From assembly GCA_965203485.1 (NCBI GenBank), contig OZ241892.1, positions 2,624,001 to 2,688,000 of the forward strand: 64,000 nucleotides of DNA, written 5' to 3'. A program made the position numbers and the translations under genes. Positions 1 to 10,403 of this stretch are shown piece after piece. The notes below the pieces were generated by a model that worked only from the letters and a program-made list of their open reading frames with translations, searched no databases and was not told the origin of the DNA. How positions within the stretch are numbered: position 1 is the first letter of the stretch; each line of letters opens with the position of its first letter. The DNA comes from Longimicrobiales bacterium. Its GTDB lineage: Bacteria > Gemmatimonadota > Gemmatimonadetes > Longimicrobiales > Gaopeijiaceae.

Positions 1-1136
1 TAGGTGCGCGAGCCGCGCAGGCCGTCGGCGCTCGGCGCGATGTCGTCGTCGACCTCCGGGGGGAACGCCTCGAATTCCGGCGGAAACTGGATGTCGGGCG
101 CCGCCAGCGAGCGCATGTTGCCCGTTCCCGACAGCACCAGCCGGAACGAAACGGCCTCGCCCGCATCCACTAACGCCTTGTCCACGGAAGCGGAGGCGTT
201 CAGCGTCCCCACGTGCCCGAGAAACGTCGCCGGGCGGCCTGCTCGGGGCAGCGGCAACGCCTCGATCTCCACCCTGTTGGAAGCCGCCGACACGGGGACG
301 CCCGACCGGAGGAGACTGCTCTCCATGCTGAACAGCTCGTCGAACAGGCTGCGCGGGCTGCTCCGCGGCACCCGCGCCGTCCCCTCCACGCGAAGGGGTT
401 CCAGGGTTCTCCGACCCGGCCCGGCCGGGAAGAGCGCGAAGCGCCGAATCGCCCTGCTGCCGTACTGTATCCCGTTGCGGACTACGGTGGACTGGCCTCC
501 CACTCCCAGCTCCTCGACCCAAAAGCCCTCGGTGCTCGGCTGCTCGGCGATGCTGGCGTAGTCCACGTCCACCCGAGAGAACAGCCGGTACTCGACGACG
601 ACGGCCTCGTTCTCGTACACCCGCGCCGCGTCCGCGCGCGCTTCGACGAAGAAGTCCTCCCCGGATACGCCCTCGGGCGCGTCCTCCCGCCAGCCCCCGC
701 CAGCCCCCGTCCGCGGCGGCGCGTCGGAGACGACCAGCGTCAGCGGCTCCGTCAGCAGAGTCCGGCCGCCCACCGAGACGGGGACCGCCGGTATCTCGAC
801 CGTGCCTTGGGCCACTGCCTGATACCAGAACTTGTACGTGAACGACGTGGTTGCCCGCCCGTTGAAGATGCTCACGGACGTCTCCGTGCCGATCGAGAGG
901 AAGCGGGCGGCGCCGGACAGGTCGGGCGGGACCGGATCCGCGTCCGTGCGCTGGGCGTCCACGACCTCGACGTTGAGCGCGAACCGCTCGCCGACCGCGA
1001 CATGGGTTCCGCTCAGGTGCGCGCGCACCGAAGGCGGCTGGGCCGCCGCGACCGCGACCGGAACGGGCAGGACGGCCGTCAAGAAGACCCGGAAACCGCA
1101 GACGGGACGGAACCGACGCCGGCGCAACCTCGGCAT
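1..1136 (-). CDS. batD: BatD-family protein, runs off the window start (partial)
   Basis: Not in the ORF track because no stop lies in the window. Manual translation from ATG 1136 gives a signal-like N-terminus, then ..VAVGERFALNVEV..TSVSIFNGRATTSFTYKF..GTVEIPAVPVSVGGRTLLTEPLTLVV. It lies directly after batC. Confidence 0.8.
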   Translation of the reverse strand, partial: MPRLRRRRFRPVCGFRVFLTAVLPVPVAVAAAQPPSVRAHLSGTHVAVGERFALNVEVVDAQRTDADPVPPDLSGAARFLSIGTETSVSIFNGRATTSFTYKFWYQAVAQGTVEIPAVPVSVGGRTLLTEPLTLVVSDAPPRTGAGGGWREDAPEGVSGEDFFVEARADAARVYENEAVVVEYRLFSRVDVDYASIAEQPSTEGFWVEELGVGGQSTVVRNGIQYGSRAIRRFALFPAGPGRRTLEPLRVEGTARVPRSSPRSLFDELFSMESSLLRSGVPVSAASNRVEIEALPLPRAGRPATFLGHVGTLNASASVDKALVDAGEAVSFRLVLSGTGNMRSLAAPDIQFPPEFEAFPPEVDDDIAPSADGLRGSRT

Positions 1137-1137
1137 C

Positions 1138-2043
1138 CTACCAGTCCTTCCTGGGGCGCCTGCCGCGGGCCTGGGGCGGCTTGCGGGTCACCTCGCCAGG
1201 GTCCTCCCGAATGGCCTGCAAGAGCCGCTCGGCCTGCTCGGGGGTCATCCCGGGCGGCTCGCCCGACGCTCCCCGAGCCGCTCCGGACTCGTCCTGCGAA
1301 CCGCCGCCTTGGCCGCTTCGGTCCCCGGACGGCTCGTCCTGCTCGTCCTCCGGTCCGCGGTCGCCGCTGCCGGCATCCGGCTGCTCCTCGCCCTCGCCTT
1401 CCTGGCCCGTCTCGGGGGCCTCGCCCCCCGATGGATCCTGTTCCTCGCCACCATCACCGCCGTCCTGGCCGGCCGAGGGCTGCTCGCCTTGCGCGGGCTC
1501 GGCGCTCGAGTCCCGTCCGTCTTCGCCGCCCTGCTGCCGTTCCTCGCCCTGCGGCTGGTCCAGCGCCTGCATCGCGAACTCGAGGTTGTGCTTGGCGTCG
1601 CCGTCGCCCGGATCGAGGCGCAACGCTTCCTTGTACGCCTCGACGGCCTGCTCCACCTGTTGCTCGCTGAACAACGCGTTGCCCAGGTTGTACCATGCGC
1701 GCGCCGCCCATTCCCGGTCTCCCCTCGCAAGGGCCTCCTGGTACGCTTCGGCGGCGCGCTGGAACTCCTCGCTCTGGTAGAGCGCGTTGCCTTCGTTGAA
1801 TCGGGCGCGCGGCATGCCCGGGGCCGCCCGAAGCGCGTCCAAGTACCGGGCATGCGCCTCCTCGTAGCGGCCCTCCTCGTAGAGCCGGTTCCCTTCTTCG
1901 ACTTCGCGGCGCCCGTCCTGCGCCGCCGCGGCTTCCGGCGCCTCGGCGCCCACCGCCGCGAGGAGCGCCGACACCGCCGAGACCAAGCTCGCGTTCCGCC
2001 GACGGCGGCCGCCCCCGATCCTCCGTCCGGTTCCCTTCGTCAT
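1138..2043 (-). CDS. batC: BatC-like TPR protein with Q/E/G-rich low-complexity tail
   Basis: C-terminal part of track ORF 1138..4278. TPRs (WYNLGNALF..AVEAYKEALRLDPGDGDAKHNLE) and the typical MTPEQAERLLQAI...KDW end. ATG 2043 overlaps the batB stop. Confidence 0.85.
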   Translation of the reverse strand: MTKGTGRRIGGGRRRRNASLVSAVSALLAAVGAEAPEAAAAQDGRREVEEGNRLYEEGRYEEAHARYLDALRAAPGMPRARFNEGNALYQSEEFQRAAEAYQEALARGDREWAARAWYNLGNALFSEQQVEQAVEAYKEALRLDPGDGDAKHNLEFAMQALDQPQGEERQQGGEDGRDSSAEPAQGEQPSAGQDGGDGGEEQDPSGGEAPETGQEGEGEEQPDAGSGDRGPEDEQDEPSGDRSGQGGGSQDESGAARGASGEPPGMTPEQAERLLQAIREDPGEVTRKPPQARGRRPRKDW

Positions 2044-3071
2044 GACCGTTCCCTCCTTCTCCCGCGCGTCGTCCCCCTGCGCCTCTCCGGCAGGACGGCA
2101 TCCAGCACGAGCAGAACCAGCGCCGCTCCCAAGAATATGCGAAACTGTTCCTCGTACTGCGTCGTCTCTCTCGCCTCCAGCTCGCGTCCTCCTTCGCCGA
2201 CGCGCTCCAGCAGCCGGCGCATCCCGTCCTCGCCCGGCCCCGCCCGGTAGTACTCCCCGCCGGTCTGCAAGGCGACGTCCTGCAAGGCGCTCTCGTTCAG
2301 CGCCGTCGTGACGACTTGGCCGTTCTCGTCGCGCCGGTAGCCGCGCCGACGGCCCTGCTCGTCGATGTCGGGCAGGGGCACCCCGCCGGGCGACCCGATC
2401 CCGACCGCGTGGACCGTCGCGCCCGCCTCGACGGCAAGCTGAAGCGCCTCCGCGAGCCCCCCCTCGTGATCCTCGCCGTCGCTGATCAGCACGACGATCC
2501 GATGCTCGCGCGGCGTCTCGTCGAGCGCATCCACGGCGACCCGCAGGGCGCGCCCCAGGTCGGTTCCCTGCACCGGCATGACCCCCGTGTCCATGGCGTT
2601 CAGGAACATCGCAGCCGCCCCGTAGTCCGTCGTGAGCGGGCTCTGCACGAAGGCGTCTCCCGCGAAGGCCACTAGTCCAATCCGGTCTCCGTCCAGGCGG
2701 CCGATCATCCGCCCCACCTCCAGCTTGGCCCGGTCCAAGCGGCTGGGCCGCACGTCGTTCGCGTGCATCGAACGCGACAAGTCCAGCGCCACCACGATGT
2801 CCTGCCCCTCCCGGCGCACCGTCTCGACGCGCGTCCCGAACTGCGGACGCGCCAACGCCAAGCCGAGCGCGGCCACGGCCGCCGCAACCAGAACGGCCTT
2901 CCACCGTCTCGCCACGTCGCTCACCGCCGGATGCAGCTGGCGCACGAGAGCCTTTTGGCCGAACCGGTCCAGCAACGTCCGCCTCCGCCGCCGGCCGTGC
3001 CAGAAAAGGGCGAGCAGCACCGGCACGAGCGCCAAGCTCCAGAACGCCAGGGGATCCGCGAAGCGAAACAT
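2040..3071 (-). CDS. batB: BatB-like VWA domain membrane protein
   Basis: N-terminal TM segment, LARPQFG, MIDAS DLSRSM, SDGEDH; position in operon. Confidence 0.9.
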   Translation of the reverse strand: MFRFADPLAFWSLALVPVLLALFWHGRRRRRTLLDRFGQKALVRQLHPAVSDVARRWKAVLVAAAVAALGLALARPQFGTRVETVRREGQDIVVALDLSRSMHANDVRPSRLDRAKLEVGRMIGRLDGDRIGLVAFAGDAFVQSPLTTDYGAAAMFLNAMDTGVMPVQGTDLGRALRVAVDALDETPREHRIVVLISDGEDHEGGLAEALQLAVEAGATVHAVGIGSPGGVPLPDIDEQGRRRGYRRDENGQVVTTALNESALQDVALQTGGEYYRAGPGEDGMRRLLERVGEGGRELEARETTQYEEQFRIFLGAALVLLVLDAVLPERRRGTTRGRRRERS

Positions 3072-4055
3072 TCAGGGCAGCGTCCCGAGCCAAGTGCGGC
3101 GCAACGCGACTTCGAGCAGCAACAAGACCAGCCCCGCGATCAGGAACCCCTGGAACCGCTCGCCGTACCGGGTGAAGTTCTCGACCAGCATCTCCGTCGT
3201 TTCCAAGCGGTCGATCTCCTCGTATACGTCCGCCAAGCTCCGCCGGTCGGTGGCACGGAAGTACTTGCCCCCCGTCGCCTCCGCGATGGCGCGAAGGCTT
3301 TCTTCGTCCATGTCGGCCTCGGCGACCGCTTGTTGCAGGAAGCTCGGAAACAGAGGCCGCGTTCCCCGCAACGACCCGGCCCCGATCGTGTAGACGCGAA
3401 TCCCGAGCGCCCGCGCCATCTGAGCCGCCGTGAGCGGGTCGATTTCGCCTGCGTTGTTGCGCCCGTCGGTGAGCAGCACGACAACCTTGGAGGACGCTTC
3501 GCTCGTGTGCAGCCTCTTGACGGCCGTGGCCAAGCCCATGCCCACCGCGGTTCCGTCGCCGAGCATCCCCGCTTCCAGGTCCGACACGACCGAAGCGACG
3601 ACCGAGTGGTCCAGCGTCAGCGGCGCCTGCGTGAACGCCCGTCCGGCGAACGCCACCAGTCCGATCCTGTCGTTGGGCCGCCCCGCGGCGAAGTCCGCCG
3701 CCACCGCCTTGGCCGCCTCGAGTCGGTTCGGGGCGATGTCCTCGGCCAGCATCGACGTCGAGACGTCCTGCGCGAGCACGATGTCGATGCCTTCCGCCCG
3801 CGCCGTCTCGCTGGTCACGCCGGTCTGCGGGCGGGCCAGCGCGGCGACGAGGCACGCCAGCGCCAGCGTCCGCAACGCCAGCGGCGCGACTTCCATCCAG
3901 GCCGCTTCGCCGCCGGCCGCCCTCGCTGCCCGTTGCGCGCCCGCGTAGGCCAAGCTCGCCCGCGCCCGGCGGCGGCGCGTCCAGCTCCACCACGAGAGGA
4001 GCGGCAGAAGACAGAGCAGCAGGAGCAACCACGGGCTCTCGAAGCGGAAGATCAT
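3072..4055 (-). CDS. batA: BatA-like VWA domain membrane protein
   Basis: LARPQ, DVSTSM MIDAS, LLTDGRNNAG, TGGKYFRAT. Confidence 0.9.
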   Translation of the reverse strand: MIFRFESPWLLLLLCLLPLLSWWSWTRRRRARASLAYAGAQRAARAAGGEAAWMEVAPLALRTLALACLVAALARPQTGVTSETARAEGIDIVLAQDVSTSMLAEDIAPNRLEAAKAVAADFAAGRPNDRIGLVAFAGRAFTQAPLTLDHSVVASVVSDLEAGMLGDGTAVGMGLATAVKRLHTSEASSKVVVLLTDGRNNAGEIDPLTAAQMARALGIRVYTIGAGSLRGTRPLFPSFLQQAVAEADMDEESLRAIAEATGGKYFRATDRRSLADVYEEIDRLETTEMLVENFTRYGERFQGFLIAGLVLLLLEVALRRTWLGTLP

Positions 4056-5272
4056 CGGGAAGCCCCCTCACGCCGGGCGCCCCGGCCGCTCTCGCCCAGC
4101 TCCGTCTCGTCCACGTCCGCGCCTCCGTCGCCGTCGCCGTCGCCGTCCCCGCTCTCCATCCGCCCGCTGGTCGCTTCGACGATCGCCCTCGCCTTGGCCG
4201 GCGGCTGGACGCTGGCGCAGGATGCGGCGGCCGCCCCGCTGGTCGCTTCGACGATTGCCCTCGCCTTGGCCAGCGCATCCAGCGAGTCCCCGGCCGACGG
4301 CCGCAACTTGGCGAACTTCACCAAGTCGCACGCCTCCAGAAATTCGCGAACCTGCTCGCAGAGCCCGGCGTCCAGCGCGGCGCGCCGCATCTCGGCCGCC
4401 ACCTCGCCCGTGGTCAGCTCCAGGGCGGGAACCTCCAGCTTGCCCTCCAGGTAGGTCCGCACGATGTCGGAGGCGCGCACATGGAACTCCTTGACGCGGC
4501 CCTGTTCGAGGAGCGGGGACGCCTCGAGCTCCGCCAAGGCCTCCAGCGCCACGAGATGGTGCGGCCGGGGCGGCGGACCGGGCTTGCCGGGCACGGGACC
4601 CGGCGGTCGCCGACGCCGACGGCGCGCGAGGAGGGCCACGGCCGCTCCGGCAACGGCGGCGGCCAGTCCGAAGAGCGCCGCGCCCCACCAGCTTCGGGGC
4701 ACCGACAGCGGCCCCTTGATGTCCCGGATCGCGCCCGTCTCGTCCAGCCCGACGCTCACGACGCCGATGCGGAACGGGTCCGTGCCGAGCGTGTCCAGCA
4801 CGCCGTCCGGGCCGGCCACCACGAGCGGCAAGGACGGAATGTCCAGCTCGCCCAGCTCGAAGCTGGTGACGACGAGTCGGGCCTCCGACCGCATCCGTCC
4901 TCCTTCGCTGCCCGGGTCGGGCGCGGGGGGGTCCGCCTCGAAGCGCAACGCCTCGAACGCGCCCAAGTCGAACGAATCCGGCCACTGGACCGACCAGCCG
5001 GACGGATGCGCCACCGACAGCCGCACCGTCACGCGGTCGCCCACGTGCATCTCGGTCGTGTCCGCGAAGGCCGCGGCCAGGAAGTCCTGCGAGCCGGCCC
5101 GGCCGAGCGCCGCCGCGTCGGAAGCGCCCAGCCCGCCCAGCCATCCGGCAACCCCCAAGCAGAGCCGGCCCGGCCCATGGCGCAACCACGGTCCCGGCCG
5201 CTTCCTCCGCGTCCCTTCCTCTGGAAACAGCTCCCGTCCGCCCGCGCGGCCGGGCCACTCCGCCGGCCTCAC
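4052..5272 (-). CDS. Membrane-anchored bat-operon protein (DUF4381/BatD-like)
   Basis: IRDIKGP, TM helix, poly-Arg, ALELTT..E and CDLVKFAK motifs, typical of the gene between DUF58 and batA. GTG 5272 overlaps the DUF58 stop; start uncertain. Confidence 0.75.
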   Translation of the reverse strand: MRPAEWPGRAGGRELFPEEGTRRKRPGPWLRHGPGRLCLGVAGWLGGLGASDAAALGRAGSQDFLAAAFADTTEMHVGDRVTVRLSVAHPSGWSVQWPDSFDLGAFEALRFEADPPAPDPGSEGGRMRSEARLVVTSFELGELDIPSLPLVVAGPDGVLDTLGTDPFRIGVVSVGLDETGAIRDIKGPLSVPRSWWGAALFGLAAAVAGAAVALLARRRRRRPPGPVPGKPGPPPRPHHLVALEALAELEASPLLEQGRVKEFHVRASDIVRTYLEGKLEVPALELTTGEVAAEMRRAALDAGLCEQVREFLEACDLVKFAKLRPSAGDSLDALAKARAIVEATSGAAAASCASVQPPAKARAIVEATSGRMESGDGDGDGDGGADVDETELGESGRGARREGASR

Positions 5273-6147
5273 CGCGCCCTCCGCGTCCGCCCCTCGAAGA
5301 ACCTTCGCAGCGACCGCTCGTACGGCTCGCCCGTCGTCACGTCCACCGAGTCCACGCCGCAACGCCGAAACAGCTCGTCCTGCTCCTCGCGCTCCCGCGC
5401 CGCGGCCTCGCGAAACCGTTCCCTAAAGGCCGGGCTCGACGTTCGCACCAGCACGCGCCGTCCCGTTTCGGGGTCCTCCAAGTCCACCAGGCCCAGCGGC
5501 GGCAACTCCCTCTCGCGCACGTCGCCCACCCGCACGGCCACCAAGTCGTGCCGCCTCGCAGCGACGCCCAGCGCCCGCTCGTGCCCCTCGGCCATGAAGT
5601 CCGACACCAGAAACACGACCGACCGCCGCTTGGCCACCAGCGCCAAGTACTCCAGCGCCCCTGCGATGTCCGTGCCCTTCCCCTCCGGCTCGTGGTACAG
5701 CAGCTCGCGCAGCACCCGCAGGCCATGGCGCCGCCCCTTGCGGGGAGGCACAAACCGCTCGATACGGTCCGAGAACAGAATCAGCCCGACCTTGTCGTTG
5801 TTCTTGATCGCGCTGAACGCCACGACCCCGCACAACTCCGCCGCCAGCTCCGACTTCTTGCGCTCCCTCGTGCCGAAGGCCGCCGACGCGCTCGCGTCCG
5901 CCACGAGCATCACCGTGAGCTCGCGCTCCTCCTCGTACACCTTCACGTGCGGCGCGCCCGTGCGGGCGGTGACGTTCCAGTCGATGCCCCGGATGTCGTC
6001 GCCGTAACGGTACTCGCGCACTTCCGCGAAGCTCATCCCGCGGCCCTTGAAGACGGAATGGTACTCGCCCGAGAACACCTCGTTCACCAGGCCTCGCGTC
6101 GTGATCTCGATGCGGCGCACCTGCTTGAGGATCTCGCGGGAAATCAC
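5269..6147 (-). CDS. DUF58 domain protein
   Basis: GEYHSVFKGRGMSFAEVREY..GDDIRGIDWNVTAR..EEERE; follows moxR. Confidence 0.92.
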   Translation of the reverse strand: MISREILKQVRRIEITTRGLVNEVFSGEYHSVFKGRGMSFAEVREYRYGDDIRGIDWNVTARTGAPHVKVYEEERELTVMLVADASASAAFGTRERKKSELAAELCGVVAFSAIKNNDKVGLILFSDRIERFVPPRKGRRHGLRVLRELLYHEPEGKGTDIAGALEYLALVAKRRSVVFLVSDFMAEGHERALGVAARRHDLVAVRVGDVRERELPPLGLVDLEDPETGRRVLVRTSSPAFRERFREAAAREREEQDELFRRCGVDSVDVTTGEPYERSLRRFFEGRTRRAR

Positions 6148-6295
6148 GGCGCGGCGGCCTCACCCGCGACGACGGGCCCCGTCCCAGCGCCAGCGCGGGG
6201 TCCAAGCGGACGCGCGCGCTCCAAACGGGTCTCCGCCGCGCCGGCGGACTCCATCTCCGTCCGGGCGCCGCGCCCACGCGCACCTACCCGCTCGC

Positions 6296-7285
6296 TCACG
6301 GCACCTCGACGGTGTCGAGCACGCGCGCGACGATGTCTTCGGGCGCCACCTCCTCGGCCTCGGCTTCGTAGGTGACCAGCACCCGGTGGCGCAGCACGTC
6401 CATCGCCACCGAGCGAACGTCCTCGGGCGTCACGTAGCCGCGCCGGCGCAGGAACGCCCTGGCCCTGGCCGTCTTCGCCAAGTAGATGGTGGCGCGCGGC
6501 GACGCTCCGAACGAGACGAGCGGCTCCAGGTCGGCCAGCCCGTGCTCCCTGGGCGCCCGCGTCGCAAACACGAGCTCGACGATGTACCGCTCGACTTGGC
6601 TGTCCATGTAGATCGACTCGGCCGCCCGCCTCGCGGCCACGATCTCTTCCGGCGTGACCACCGCCTGCGCCCGCGGCAAGTCCGACCCGCTCATCCTGCG
6701 CAGCACCTCGAGCTCCTCCTCCTTCGACGGATAGCCCACAGCCAGCTTGAGCATGAATCGGTCCACCTGCGCCTCGGGAAGCGGATACGTCCCTTCCTGG
6801 TCAATGGGGTTTTGGGTCGCGAGCACGAGGAACGGCGCCGGGAGCGGAAACGTGTTCTCGCCGATCGTGACCGTCCGTTCCTGCATCGCCTCCAGCAAAG
6901 CCGACTGCACCTTGGCGGGAGACCGGTTGATCTCGTCGGCCAAGATCACGTTGGCGAACACCGGCCCCTTGCGCGTCTTGAACTCCGTCTCGCGCGGATC
7001 GTACACCAGCGTGCCGATCAAGTCCGCCGGCAGCAGGTCCGGCGTGAACTGAATCCGCTGAAACGAGGTCTGAACCGCGTCCGCGAGCGTCCGCACCGTC
7101 AGCGTCTTGGCCAGCCCGGGCACCCCCTCCATCAGCACGTGCCCGTCCGACACCAGCCCGATGAGAAGCCGCTCGATCATCGCCTTCTGCCCGACGACCA
7201 CCCGCCCGACCTCCGCGAACAGCCGGTCCACGAACGCGCTGGCCTCCTTGATTCGCTCTTGGATGACTTCTATGTCTCGATCCAT
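6296..7285 (-). CDS. moxR: MoxR-family AAA+ ATPase
   Basis: GVPGLAKT, RIQFTPDLLPAD, DEINR, ATQNP, FGASPRA; start taken at MDRDIE. Confidence 0.95.
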   Translation of the reverse strand: MDRDIEVIQERIKEASAFVDRLFAEVGRVVVGQKAMIERLLIGLVSDGHVLMEGVPGLAKTLTVRTLADAVQTSFQRIQFTPDLLPADLIGTLVYDPRETEFKTRKGPVFANVILADEINRSPAKVQSALLEAMQERTVTIGENTFPLPAPFLVLATQNPIDQEGTYPLPEAQVDRFMLKLAVGYPSKEEELEVLRRMSGSDLPRAQAVVTPEEIVAARRAAESIYMDSQVERYIVELVFATRAPREHGLADLEPLVSFGASPRATIYLAKTARARAFLRRRGYVTPEDVRSVAMDVLRHRVLVTYEAEAEEVAPEDIVARVLDTVEVP

Positions 7286-7432
7286 GGCCCCTTCGCTGTG
7301 CTCGCTGGTGTTGTGTTTTGGGACTGAGGGTTGGCCGCCGGGCAATGCCGCAACGGCCCCTCGGTTCGCAGAAACCTAGCTGTGCGCGCCGACGACGCGC
7401 CGCCGTCCGAAACCGCAAGAACAATGGATGCC

Positions 7433-7459
7433 GAAGAAAGCCGAAGGGTTGCCTTCGGC
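7433..7459 (-). terminator. Putative intrinsic terminator
   Basis: Minus strand GCCGAAGG-CAAC-CCTTCGGC hairpin followed by TTTCTTC, between the R-M genes and moxR. Confidence 0.45.
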
Positions 7460-7631
7460 AGGCCCGGCGCCGCAACAACTGGCCGCCCCGGCTTCGTTGC
7501 CCGGACCTTCCAGCAACTCGGTGGCGCCGACGCGCCCTTCAGGCCAACCGACGGGCGTTGGCCCCGAACGCGCCCTCACCGACATTCGAGGCCCCCGGTC
7601 CCTCCATGGCCAACAACCATCGCGCACCCAC

Positions 7632-8126
7632 TCAACGGCCGCCCGACGACGCCACGAGCCGGGCAATCGCCTTGGCGTGCTGCAGCACCTGGGATAGACG
7701 ACAATATAGGTCCGCGGTCGCGCAAGCACGGGGAGTGGCCAGAAACCGAAAGCTAGGTTCCTCTTCCTTGGCAAGCAGATACCATCCCTTGAGCTCAATG
7801 CCAAGAAGCACGTCTGCTGGGTCAGCAGCGCTCTGAAAACGAACGTCGGGGAATGTTTGAGGTTGTCGCACGAAGGAATACATGAAATACCGATTGGCCG
7901 GATCCCAAGACCGCCGAAGCCCATTGAGTGTGCGAACCACGCCTTCCTCTATCACTGCCCCGAGCAACGCGTTCAAGCTGAACAGGTCGGTCGTTTGAAC
8001 GCCGCGAATCACGACGTCGGAACTGAAGGTTGCCGGCACAGCGAAGACCGCTTCTCGTACTCGCTCATATAGCGAGTGATGTTTCCAAGACGCTGGAGGT
8101 GGATTCCTGGATGGTGGAATGGTCAT
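7632..8126 (-). pseudogene. Putative type II restriction endonuclease (PD-(D/E)xK), probably frameshifted/truncated
   Basis: FPDVRF..GIELKGWY motif, adjacent to an MTase. After ATADL the hydrophobic strand IVVYP continues in a different frame (track ORF 7376..7924), and the sequence then looks unrelated. Confidence 0.55.
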
Positions 8127-8142
8127 GGGGAAGGCGGCAGGA

Positions 8143-9201
8143 TCAAACGAGCCGTAGATTTTGTTGCCGAAGCCGCTGCACGGCGGCAGCGTAGTACTCG
8201 GGCAACACCTCGGCAGAATAGCAAGCCCTGTCGATGTCGGCGCAAACCATGGCAGCAGTACAGAGCCCGCCAAAGGGTTCCCATACCACGTCGCCGACCT
8301 CCGATGTGGCGTCAATGATGCTCCAGGTTAGCTTCCGGGGCTTCTGGTTCGCGTGAATGAACCTGCCCGAGCCATCTGCTCGTCGCACGCGTTCTTCGCC
8401 GCGCACGGCAGGACAGGACCATACATTTGTGATTCCAAGGCGAAGCTTGAACTTAGATCTCATGCGAGCCCACGCCGAAGCTGTCAAGGGCAGTCGCCCG
8501 TCCAAGGAAAAATAGGGCATTCCGTCGGGGTGCCCGTGCGCATTGGCGAAGTCCGCCAAGCACTGAAATGCGTCCGGCGGCGGAAAGTACCACACGTGAT
8601 CCTTGGTGAGGTACTTGCGCGTAGCCGCGTTCCGTACTCCGCAAGCCTCATTGGACCGGCTGAGGGGAAGACCAGAGCGTTCCCATTCCCAGCGAAGCCA
8701 TTCCTTGATGCCCAGCACCCGCCCGCCGACCTTGAACGTCGGCCTCTTCACGTATTGCGCGCAGATTTCCGTGACGACGGGAAACCGCCGAAGCGTCTTC
8801 GAGTTCGTATTTCCCGAGACGTGCGCGATTCCCTTGTCCCAGATATTGCAACCGACGTACTCCCAACCGTGTGCCAACAGCAAGGGATGAACCGTGGCCC
8901 AGCCGACCTCGGTGTTCCAGAACCAGAGAGTGGTCTCGCCGGTGGCGGCACTGGACCATTGCTCCACGTGCGGCCGGTACCAACCGACCAAGCCGTCGGG
9001 CGTCGGCGTGTCGCCTGGGAAGCCCGAAACGCCGTAGGCTCCGTCCGAAACGATGACGACGGGCGCGGGCCAGGTGCGATACAGACGCAACGCATCGCCT
9101 AGGAAGACTTGGACACCTGCTCTGCGCGCAACCCGGGGTTGCGCACCGGACAGGCGACCGGCGGCGGACCGGGAGGAGACCGAAGCTACGGAGGCAACCA
9201 T
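8143..9201 (-). CDS. Site-specific DNA methyltransferase (N4/N6, beta-class order)
   Basis: Catalytic-like SDGAY near the N-terminus, then H.NQKP and the SAM-binding VWEPFGG near the C-terminus. Confidence 0.85.
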   Translation of the reverse strand: MVASVASVSSRSAAGRLSGAQPRVARRAGVQVFLGDALRLYRTWPAPVVIVSDGAYGVSGFPGDTPTPDGLVGWYRPHVEQWSSAATGETTLWFWNTEVGWATVHPLLLAHGWEYVGCNIWDKGIAHVSGNTNSKTLRRFPVVTEICAQYVKRPTFKVGGRVLGIKEWLRWEWERSGLPLSRSNEACGVRNAATRKYLTKDHVWYFPPPDAFQCLADFANAHGHPDGMPYFSLDGRLPLTASAWARMRSKFKLRLGITNVWSCPAVRGEERVRRADGSGRFIHANQKPRKLTWSIIDATSEVGDVVWEPFGGLCTAAMVCADIDRACYSAEVLPEYYAAAVQRLRQQNLRLV

Positions 9202-9473
9202 GGTCCCGAAGCTTGGCGGGCTTCCAGGGTCGGCGCAAGCATGGCGGTCGCCGCCGTTTGCCGGAGACGCCGGGTTCGCGGGGATCGCCCTCGGGCGACC
9301 TGCTGGCGCTGCCGCGCAAAGCGCTTCGTAGATGAAGGCATCACGAACGCGCGCCGACCCCGAATAGAAACCGGTACCACTGCGGCAGTAGAAGTGCTTG
9401 GGCGCCCAATTCGTTCAGGTCATTGTTGATCATCGCGCTTTCTCGAATTGCGCTGGCGCCGCCGACGCACCGC

Positions 9474-10085
9474 TCAACCACGCCACCCGTCGGTGGGTAA
9501 GCGGACGACACGGCTTTCAACCCCCTCCGGCGGACGAGGCGGGCGTGAACCCGGCGGCGGAGGCCGGCAACTGTCGCGATCTTCGTCCGCCAGCGTGTCC
9601 AGCCCGACCCACAGCACCAACGTGGTGTCGCGCGGCTCGCTCCACTCGACGACCACGTCCAGTCGCGTGCGGAAGCCGGCCTCGTAGCTGAAGCGCACCG
9701 GCTCGCCCGCTGCCACCGTCGCCTCTATCTTGCCGTCCCCAAGCATGTCGCGGGCGGTGATGGTCCAAGCGCCCGTGCGGGGCTGCACGACTTGAAAGCA
9801 TCCGGAGAGCGACAGACCCGCTACCGGGACAGGGGAACTCCGATAGCCACCGCGACCGCCTTCGACGGCGAATCGCGCCCACCCGCCCCCGTCCCGAAGC
9901 GTCTGCAAGAGGCGGGCCAGCTGCGCGTCGGCCAAGCCCGGCGCGACAGCGAGAGCCCACGCCGCCGCCGCGAGCTGCACGAGCGCGCCGCGCGCCGCGC
10001 GCCCGCAGCCTTCCCGGCCCGCCACGAATCCGACGACGCCGCTTCGACGCACAGTAAACGGCATTCGGAGCACCTTCTTTACCAT
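9474..10085 (-). CDS. Hypothetical exported protein
   Basis: Signal-like ..WALAVAPGLADAQ followed by a beta-rich globular region; no recognised family. Confidence 0.55.
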   Translation of the reverse strand: MVKKVLRMPFTVRRSGVVGFVAGREGCGRAARGALVQLAAAAWALAVAPGLADAQLARLLQTLRDGGGWARFAVEGGRGGYRSSPVPVAGLSLSGCFQVVQPRTGAWTITARDMLGDGKIEATVAAGEPVRFSYEAGFRTRLDVVVEWSEPRDTTLVLWVGLDTLADEDRDSCRPPPPGSRPPRPPEGVESRVVRLPTDGWRG

Positions 10086-10403
10086 TAGCGACAACCCTCG
10101 GCCGACCGGCGGTGGCCGAAGCGGCCAAGGGTGCGGTCCAGCGGTCACGCACGACCGCGGAGACCCCCTTTAGCCGTCACAAGATAGGTTCCGTGATCGT
10201 AGCGAACAACTTCTGGAACACGAAGAACCGGCTGCGCTCCAGGCCGCCCATGCCGGGCCGACGACCGTTGCGCGGTCGCCCACGAACCGGTCCATTGGGA
10301 ATACATGATCGATCAAGCCCGCACCCCCCGGGCAAGGACGACCAACTTCCGGCTTGGTCGATCCCATCCCGCGCGGCCTGCTTCAAGAGGGAACGGCGAT
10401 CTC

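Noticed and set aside
1138..4278. 1046-aa ORF as one protein; likewise the N-terminal extensions of 14245..18261, 28590..33830, 34374..36344 and 52258..55680
   Set aside because: The extensions overlap other genuine genes out of frame; true starts lie at downstream ATGs, mostly coupled to the upstream stop.
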